From positions 1 through 61,286 of the forward strand of contig JAFEAI010000032.1 of the NCBI GenBank assembly GCA_018266475.1: 61,286 nt of DNA. Direction: 5' to 3'. This DNA is from Bacteroidota bacterium. GTDB lineage: Bacteria > Bacteroidota > Bacteroidia > Flavobacteriales_F > PHOS-HE28. Positions 54,838-61,286 of this stretch are shown piece after piece. Within the stretch, counting starts at the first letter, position 1. Every line of letters begins with the position of its first letter. The position numbers and the translations under genes were made by a program. The notes beneath the pieces were generated by a model, which saw nothing but the letters and a program-made list of their open reading frames with translations, was not told the DNA's origin and did no database searches.

Positions 54838-55084
54838 AAGGTGCCGCCATAGGCCATCCGGGGAGTGCCGGCCACCGCCTTGGTGAAAGGGTGCCGGCGT
54901 GAAGGGGCCTGAAGTATGCCCATCGCCGCACGGTCATCCTACTGCACCTACCGATTTCCCCACGCATTCAACGGCGTTCCAAGAATGCGGTGTTCAAGGC
55001 CCGGTTGGCAACAGCATTCCCCCGACCTTAGGCACCCGAAGCGCAACATTATTCGTCATTCTTGCCCAAGGACAGTTGCCTCCC

Positions 55085-58000
55085 ATGTTCCCGCGCCTGC
55101 AGTACATACTTGCCATCGTTCTTCTTTCGCTGGCCGCCAGTGCATTCCCCCAAGCCTACCCGATCAACGGGGGCGACGTGAGCACCTGTAGCGGAGCATT
55201 GCTGGACAGTGGCGGGCAAGGCGGCGGGGGCTACGGGAACAACGAGCACTTCACCATCACCATTTGCCCCGGGCAGCCGGACAGCGCCATCTCGCTCTCC
55301 TTTGTGATCTTCAACCTTTCCGCAGCAGGCACGTTGCCCACGGACCATTTGACGATCTACGATGGCAACAGCATCTCAGCGCCGGTGCTCGGTACCTGGA
55401 GCGGAACCAGCTCACCGGGGATCGTGTCCGCGAGCTTTGCCAACACCTCCGGCTGCCTTACGGTGGAATTCACCAGCAACGAAACGGGCACGGGCGTATT
55501 CGCCGCCAGCATCAGCTGCACCCACCCGTGTGAACCGCCGATCGCCTCAGGCGTGATGGGCGAACCTTCGCCGGCATTGATCTGCCAAGGAGAGCCCGTC
55601 CACTTCAACGGGAGCGCCTCCACTGCGGCCAGCGGATTCAGCATCAGCCAATACCTGTGGGATTTCGGCGACGGCAGCATGGACAGCACCAGCGGCGCCA
55701 CGGTGAACCACACCTTTCCAAACCCGCCGGGGCAACACGTGGTACACCTGCACGTAAAGGACAACAACGGCTGCTCCAGCATCAACTCCGTGGACCTGGT
55801 GGTGCAGGTGAGCACCACCCCCACGTTCACGGGCTTCGACCCCATCACCCGCTGTGCCGGCGAGCCGGTGGACCTGACGGCCGTAACGCACGTATCGGGC
55901 ACCACGTGGACCAGCATTCCCGACGCCAACTACGGAGGCGGGCTTCAACTTCCGGACGACGTGGGCGTCCCCTTCAGCAGTGCCATCACCTTTTCGGCCT
56001 TCCCGCCAGGCGCCACCATCTCCAACGTAAACGACCTGGTATCGGTGTGCGTGAACATGGAACACTCCTTCATGGGCGATTTTGTGCTGAAGCTCACCGC
56101 CCCCAACGGATCCGTAGTGGTGCTGCACCAACTGGGCGGCGGCGGCACTTTCCTGGGCATACCGGTGGACGACGACTCCCAGCCGAACGTGCCGGGCACC
56201 TGCTGGGAATACTGCTTCAGCCCTGCGGCCACCAACGGCACATGGGCCGCCAACGCCAATGGCGGCACCCTGCCGGCCGGAACGTACCAAGCCGTTGGCT
56301 CCTTCAATGCCTTGGTGGGCAGCCCGCTGAACGGCACCTGGACGTTGACCTTCACGGACCTGTTGGCCTGGGACAACGGCTTTTTGTGCTCCTGGGGCTT
56401 GAACTTCGACCCTTCGCTGCTGCCCCCTGACGTGGCCTACACGCCCACGCCGGGCATCATGCACTCGGACAGCAGCTACTGGAGCGGTCCGGCGCTGGCG
56501 AACGACCCCGCCCATCCGCTGCACTACATCGCCACCCCAACCACGGTAGGCCCCCATCTGTACACCTACACGGTAACGGACAACTTCGGCTGCACCTACG
56601 ACACCACGCTCACCATCACCATCACCCCCGGCGTCCACGTAAATCCCACATTGGCCTGCGGCAGCCCGCTCCTGCTGCAGCCCGGGCTGCAGCTTCCGCT
56701 GCCCACCGGCACGATCGTGTACCAATGGTCGCCCGGCACCGGGCTCTCAAGCACCACAAGTCCATACCCCACGGCGGCGCCACTGGTACCGACCTGGTAT
56801 ACACTGCACGCCTTCCCGGCCGGCCATCCGCTGTGCAGCACGGTGGACAGCGTGCTGGTAAATCCACCTTCCAGCTCGGCGAACACCGCAGTGGTCACGG
56901 ACCACCTGTGCGCGGGGGGCATCGGCGGCTCCATCCAGATCACCTCCACGGGAACAGGCGGGCCCTGGAACTACATTTGGAAAAAGAACGGGTCCGTGGT
57001 GCGCAGCACGCCCAACGCCTTTGGCGACACCTATGCCGCACCTGCCGGGAGCTACACCATCCTGATCCAGGACGGCCCCAACGGAAACGGCTGCGTGGAC
57101 AGCATCACCGCGGTGATCCATGAGCCGCCGCCCCTGCTGATAACCTCCACCAGTGCGGACACCACCATTTGCCTTACCGGCACCGCCCTGCTGCACGCCA
57201 GCGCCACCGGCGGCACTGGCATCACCGTGATGCACTGGGACCACGGTGCGGGCAATGGCACGGGGATCGGGGTCTCACCCGCCCAATCCACCACCTTCCG
57301 CGTTTTCGCCACGGATGCCAACAACTGCTTCTCGGACACGGCCGCAGTGGCTGTTTCCGTGCGCGGCCCGCTTCAATTCATGCTGCCCGACACGGTGACC
57401 AGCTGCCCCAAGGTGGACGTGGCACTGGCACCTGCCGGTGTTGGCGGCGGCGACGGCCAATACACCTACGACTGGCAGCGCGGCGGCACGGGTCCCGGCC
57501 CCTTGCCAGACCCGTCCATCACAGTGAACAACTTGACCACCACAACCTACTGCCTCACCGTGCGCGACGGCTGCGAAACCCCTGCCCTCACGCGGTGCAT
57601 CACAGTACACATCACCCCCGTGCCCCCCTTGGTGCTCACGGTGGACAGCGCGCTGGGGTGCAGGCCCTTCACGGTCCACTTCCAATTGCAGGACACCACC
57701 GGGTTGGCGCGCGCGGACTGGAGCTTCTTCGACCAGCCCACCATGGCCAACAGGCCCATGGCCATGACGCACACCTACGCCATGCACGGCCTGTACGACC
57801 TGCATGTGAACGTTCACTGGCCCAATGGATGCAGCTATGACAGCACCTATGCGGGGCTTGTACAGGTGATCGACGTGCCGCATGCGGACTTCAGCTGGAC
57901 GCCCCGTCCGGCGGACATCTTCCATCCCGAAATTCAATTCCAGGAAGAAGCGGGGCCGGTGGCGGTGGGCTACGCATGGCGTTTTGGGGAGCTGGGCACA

Positions 58001-58411
58001 TCCGTGCTGGCCGACCCCGTCTTCACCTTCCCTGACGACACCGGGCGCTACTACCCGGTGCAGCTTGTGGTGCGCAACTTCCTGGGCTGTGCCGACAGCA
58101 CCATGCGGCTGGTCACCGTGGAGGATGTGTTCCTGGTGCATGTCCCCACTGCATTTACACCGGATGCCGACGGCAGGAACGATGTGCTGTACGTGGTGGG
58201 CAACGACATTTCGGAAGCCGACTTCAAATGGATGATCTTCGACCGCTGGGGCGGGAAGGTGTACGAAAGCACGGACCCGCACGCAGGCTGGGACGGGCGG
58301 TACGGCGGCAAGCCGGTGAAGAACGGCGTATACGTGTGGATGCTTCGGGCGCAATCGCGTTTCACGAAAGTGAACCGGGACTTCCGCGGGCACGTCACCG
58401 TGGTGCGGTAA
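55085..58411 (+). CDS. giant cell-surface protein: CUB-like, PKD and proprotein-convertase P-domain repeats plus T9SS type-B (CHU_C) sorting domain
   Basis: ATG at 55085 (MFPRLQYILAIVLLSLAASAFPQA). Motifs: CSGALLDSGGQGGGGYGNNEHFTITICP...IYDGNS, WDFGDGS, VCVNMEHSFMGDFVLKLTAPNGS...GSPLNGTWTLTFTD. C-terminal VPTAFTPDADGRNDVLY...IFDRWGGKVYES...GWDGRYGGKPVKNGVYVW...GHVTVVR. Confidence 0.85.
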   Translation: MFPRLQYILAIVLLSLAASAFPQAYPINGGDVSTCSGALLDSGGQGGGGYGNNEHFTITICPGQPDSAISLSFVIFNLSAAGTLPTDHLTIYDGNSISAPVLGTWSGTSSPGIVSASFANTSGCLTVEFTSNETGTGVFAASISCTHPCEPPIASGVMGEPSPALICQGEPVHFNGSASTAASGFSISQYLWDFGDGSMDSTSGATVNHTFPNPPGQHVVHLHVKDNNGCSSINSVDLVVQVSTTPTFTGFDPITRCAGEPVDLTAVTHVSGTTWTSIPDANYGGGLQLPDDVGVPFSSAITFSAFPPGATISNVNDLVSVCVNMEHSFMGDFVLKLTAPNGSVVVLHQLGGGGTFLGIPVDDDSQPNVPGTCWEYCFSPAATNGTWAANANGGTLPAGTYQAVGSFNALVGSPLNGTWTLTFTDLLAWDNGFLCSWGLNFDPSLLPPDVAYTPTPGIMHSDSSYWSGPALANDPAHPLHYIATPTTVGPHLYTYTVTDNFGCTYDTTLTITITPGVHVNPTLACGSPLLLQPGLQLPLPTGTIVYQWSPGTGLSSTTSPYPTAAPLVPTWYTLHAFPAGHPLCSTVDSVLVNPPSSSANTAVVTDHLCAGGIGGSIQITSTGTGGPWNYIWKKNGSVVRSTPNAFGDTYAAPAGSYTILIQDGPNGNGCVDSITAVIHEPPPLLITSTSADTTICLTGTALLHASATGGTGITVMHWDHGAGNGTGIGVSPAQSTTFRVFATDANNCFSDTAAVAVSVRGPLQFMLPDTVTSCPKVDVALAPAGVGGGDGQYTYDWQRGGTGPGPLPDPSITVNNLTTTTYCLTVRDGCETPALTRCITVHITPVPPLVLTVDSALGCRPFTVHFQLQDTTGLARADWSFFDQPTMANRPMAMTHTYAMHGLYDLHVNVHWPNGCSYDSTYAGLVQVIDVPHADFSWTPRPADIFHPEIQFQEEAGPVAVGYAWRFGELGTSVLADPVFTFPDDTGRYYPVQLVVRNFLGCADSTMRLVTVEDVFLVHVPTAFTPDADGRNDVLYVVGNDISEADFKWMIFDRWGGKVYESTDPHAGWDGRYGGKPVKNGVYVWMLRAQSRFTKVNRDFRGHVTVVR

Positions 58412-58614
58412 GGACCGGAGATTGCCGGTGGTGCTGCACGGCTCCCAAGCAGGCCGCACTTCACGTTCACCGGTCCTTGTTGATCATTATTTCCGCGATT
58501 CGCCGATCCTGAAGGAGGTTTCGTCCAAAAAAGCAGGCGGCATTCGTTCCATCACGCATCACCGCATCTACATTACAGCCCATCCGCGTGCCTATCCCCA
58601 ATTCGCACGGAACG

Positions 58615-61286
58615 ATGGACCGACCCAGCCCCCGGCTCCCCCGCTTCATTCCCCGGTTTCGCAACCTTGTGCTTCGCGGAGCGCTTTGCACGGCCCTGGT
58701 GGCGGCGTGTGCGCCGGTACAGGCGCAGGTGCATGTGATTTCCAACGGCGCTGAAGCCGGCTGCACGGGCACCTTGTTGGATAGCGGCGGACAAGGTGCC
58801 GCAGGCTACAGCAACAACGAGAACTTCACCTACACCCTGTGCCCCGACGCAGCGGGTGGCGCGATCTCGCTGAACTTCGTGACCTTCAACCTGAGCCTGG
58901 CCGGCGCGGCACCGATCGACGCGATGTCGATCTACGACGGAAACAGCACAGGCGCACCGTTGCTTGGCACCTGGACCGGCACCGCCCTGCAGGGGCAGGT
59001 GGTATCGGCCAGCGGATCCAATCCCAGCGGTTGCCTCACCGTAGTGTTCAAGTCGAACAATACGGGGACGGGCGTGTTCGCGGCCACCATCAGTTGCTAC
59101 CAGCCCTGCAGTCGCCCCACCGCGGTGGCCTCCTATGGCACTGGTGCGCCGAAGAAGATCTGCCCCGGCCAAGCGGTGACGTTCAACAGCGGCGGATCCT
59201 ATGCGGCAAGCGGCTTCAACATTGCCAGCCGGCGGTGGGATTTCGGCGACGGCACCGTGTTGAACAATGCACCTGCGGTGGTGAGCCACACGTATGCACA
59301 GCCCGGCGCATACACCGCACAACTGTACGTGCTGGACAACAACGGCTGCGCCAACAACAACCTGGTGGACCTGGTGACCCTGGTGGGCACCAAGCCCACC
59401 TTCACGGGCACCACCGGCGCAACAGGCTGCTCCGGCGAAACACTTTGCCTGAACGGCACCGTTCACCCCACCACCTGGAACGAACTGCCCAATGCCAACC
59501 TGGGCGGTGGCGTGTTCCTGCCGGACAACGTGGGCGAATGCTTCAACACCACGCTCACGTTCACCCAGTTTGCACCGGGCCAAACGCTCACCAACATCAA
59601 TCAATTGCTGGGCATCTGCGTGAACATGGAGCACTCCTTCATGGGCGACCTGGTGATCCGCATCATCAGCCCCAACGGCCAAACCGTGATCCTGCACCAG
59701 CAAGGGGGGGGAGGAACGTACATCGGCGGGGCCAATGACAATGATGAAGCGAACCCGCAGATCGGCACGTGCTGGAACTATTGCTGGACCCCGAACGCCA
59801 CGTGGGGCACCTGGGCACAGTGCGCCTCTGGCGGAGCCACGCCCCATGTAATGACCGGCGGCACACCGGCAGGCCCCGCATTGATCCCCGGCAACTACTC
59901 ATCGGTACAGCCGCTCAGCGGCCTGCTCGGCTCGCCCTTGAACGGCACATGGACCTTCCAGGTATGCGACATGTGGGCACTTGACAACGGCTTCATCTGC
60001 GATTGGTCACTGGATTTTGATCCCGCCCTCTATCCGGACCTTGTACAATTCACCCCGGTATACGGCGCCAACTGTGACAGTACGCATTGGGCGGGGCCGA
60101 ACATCACCTCCACCTCCGCCAACTGTGCGCAAGCATGCGTGAGCGGGCTTGCCCCCGGAAGCTATCCCTACACGTACACGGTAACGGACAACTTCGGCTG
60201 CACCTACGACACCACGGTCACCGTGACCATCACGCCCAATGTGACGGTAAACGCCGGCCCGGATGCGACCACCTGCGGTACGCCGGTACAGTTGAACGCC
60301 ACGGTGGCCAATGCGCCCACCACCACCTGCAGCTACCAGCTTTGGCTGTACGATTCCTATGGTGACGGCTGGAACCTCAACGGCTACGTGACCGTGACGA
60401 TCAATGGCGTAAGCACCAATTGGACACTGAACAACAGCGCCTCGGGATACACCACATTGAGCATACCCCATGGTGCCGCCATTTCCTTGAGCTACCACGG
60501 GGGAGGCCTTCTCGCCTATGAACAATCCTTCGCCCTGCTGAACAGCGCGGGCACTACCATATACAGTGGCACCAACCCGGCCAACGGCGTGGTATGGACC
60601 GGCACGGGAAGTTGCCCCGGGGGAGGCATGGTGTACACGTGGAGCCCCGCCACGGGGCTGTCGAATCCTTCCATCGCCAACCCGGTCGCAACGGTTGCAG
60701 GAACCACCCAGTACTGCGTAACGGCCTACCCCACCGGGCACCCGGCTTGTGGTTCCACGGATTGCATCACGATCACCGTGGACAATCCACCCGGCCAAGG
60801 CACCAATTCCACGCTTACCGTCTGTGGCAATGGCGCGCCGGTGAACTTATTCAATCTACTGGGAGGCAATCCGGATACAGGGGGCACATGGACGGCACCC
60901 GCTGGTAGCGCACATAATGGAACGTTCTTGCCCGGTGTCGATCTTGCCGGGACGTATAGCTATACTGTAACCGGAACCGGGCCATGCGGAACGTACACGA
61001 CTACCTCCACCGTTTCCGTGGCGGTGAACAATCCCCCAACTGCGGGCACCGATGGAAGCACCACGCTCTGCAGCAGCGGCGCGGCGGTGGGCCTGCTTGC
61101 GCAGCTCGGCGGAAGCCCTGATGCGGGCGGCACGTGGAGCGGGCCTTCACCGGTGGTTGCAGGCATGTTCAACCCCGCCACGATGACGGCGGGCGTGTAC
61201 ACCTACACCGTGGCGGGTGCTGCGCCCTGTCCTGCCGCCACGTCCACCGTTACCGTGGCGGTGAACGCGCCTCCAACTGCGGGCAC
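58615..61286 (+). CDS. paralogous giant CUB/PKD/P-domain surface protein (5' part; continues beyond the window)
   Basis: Own translation from the ATG at 58615: MDRPSPRLPRFIPRFRNLVLRGALCTALVAACAPVQAQ, then the same domain order as 55085..58411 (CTGTLLDSGGQGAAGYSNNENFTYTLCP, WDFGDGT, ICVNMEHSFMGDLVIRIISPNGQ, GSPLNGTWTFQVCD). The frame is open to 61286. It is missing from the ORF track because it has no stop in the window. Confidence 0.8.
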   Translation, partial: MDRPSPRLPRFIPRFRNLVLRGALCTALVAACAPVQAQVHVISNGAEAGCTGTLLDSGGQGAAGYSNNENFTYTLCPDAAGGAISLNFVTFNLSLAGAAPIDAMSIYDGNSTGAPLLGTWTGTALQGQVVSASGSNPSGCLTVVFKSNNTGTGVFAATISCYQPCSRPTAVASYGTGAPKKICPGQAVTFNSGGSYAASGFNIASRRWDFGDGTVLNNAPAVVSHTYAQPGAYTAQLYVLDNNGCANNNLVDLVTLVGTKPTFTGTTGATGCSGETLCLNGTVHPTTWNELPNANLGGGVFLPDNVGECFNTTLTFTQFAPGQTLTNINQLLGICVNMEHSFMGDLVIRIISPNGQTVILHQQGGGGTYIGGANDNDEANPQIGTCWNYCWTPNATWGTWAQCASGGATPHVMTGGTPAGPALIPGNYSSVQPLSGLLGSPLNGTWTFQVCDMWALDNGFICDWSLDFDPALYPDLVQFTPVYGANCDSTHWAGPNITSTSANCAQACVSGLAPGSYPYTYTVTDNFGCTYDTTVTVTITPNVTVNAGPDATTCGTPVQLNATVANAPTTTCSYQLWLYDSYGDGWNLNGYVTVTINGVSTNWTLNNSASGYTTLSIPHGAAISLSYHGGGLLAYEQSFALLNSAGTTIYSGTNPANGVVWTGTGSCPGGGMVYTWSPATGLSNPSIANPVATVAGTTQYCVTAYPTGHPACGSTDCITITVDNPPGQGTNSTLTVCGNGAPVNLFNLLGGNPDTGGTWTAPAGSAHNGTFLPGVDLAGTYSYTVTGTGPCGTYTTTSTVSVAVNNPPTAGTDGSTTLCSSGAAVGLLAQLGGSPDAGGTWSGPSPVVAGMFNPATMTAGVYTYTVAGAAPCPAATSTVTVAVNAPPTAG

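Noticed and set aside
55547-59847. Minus-strand ORFs 55547..56725, 57275..58459 and 58573..59847
   Set aside because: All are antisense to the two adhesin genes. The plus-strand frames carry clear CUB/PKD/P-domain/CHU_C motifs.

Overview
The window is a GC-rich chromosomal segment (roughly mid-60s % by eye, not computed) that looks like Bacteroidota. Supporting signs: nine predicted T9SS cargo proteins (six with Por-type/type-A C-terminal sorting domains, three with CHU_C-like/type-B domains), a fused SecDF, a type III glutamine synthetase, and a TAnnTTTG -7 promoter box upstream of glnA.

I can support about 46 protein genes.
- Housekeeping: acyl-CoA dehydrogenase, pyrF, holA, valS, prfA, purM, folK, deoxynucleoside kinase, glnA, tatA, secDF, mdh, AMP nucleosidase, Ppx/GppA, ytxJ.
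- Envelope and secreted proteins: vWA protein, S8 peptidase, PQQ-dependent sugar dehydrogenase, FG-GAP protein, OmpA-family protein, TPR lipoprotein, and two giant CUB/P-domain/PKD adhesin paralogs.
- Two real ORFs run off the window edges and are missing from the supplied ORF track: <1..1245 (-) and 58615..>61286 (+).
- Most other long ORFs in the track are antisense shadows typical of high-GC DNA.
- I recognised no rRNA, tRNA or CRISPR array.

Accessory and unusual content:
1. A lower-GC islet (about 31.26-34.49 kb) carries orphan Rhs-C-terminal toxin/immunity cassettes but no Rhs core gene. One toxin tip looks like an ADP-ribosyl-cyclase/CD38-type domain.
2. A PIN toxin-antitoxin cassette is inserted between the S8 peptidase and patatin genes. 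It is bracketed by a 66-75 bp duplication of the original gene junction.
3. A roughly 0.95 kb tandemly duplicated block of ORF remnant plus BIME-like double-hairpin repeats sits next to mdh. It is likewise bracketed by a duplicated terminator segment.
4. Palindromic repeat elements are inserted in frame inside the essential valS gene.
5. An ECF sigma gene is followed by a membrane-anchored PKD protein that carries a T9SS type-B-like sorting domain, directly upstream of the two type-B adhesins.
6. Many intergenic regions carry heptamer/octamer tandem-repeat arrays, one of them strongly G-quadruplex-prone.

All functional calls come from reading motifs by eye. No database search was run.
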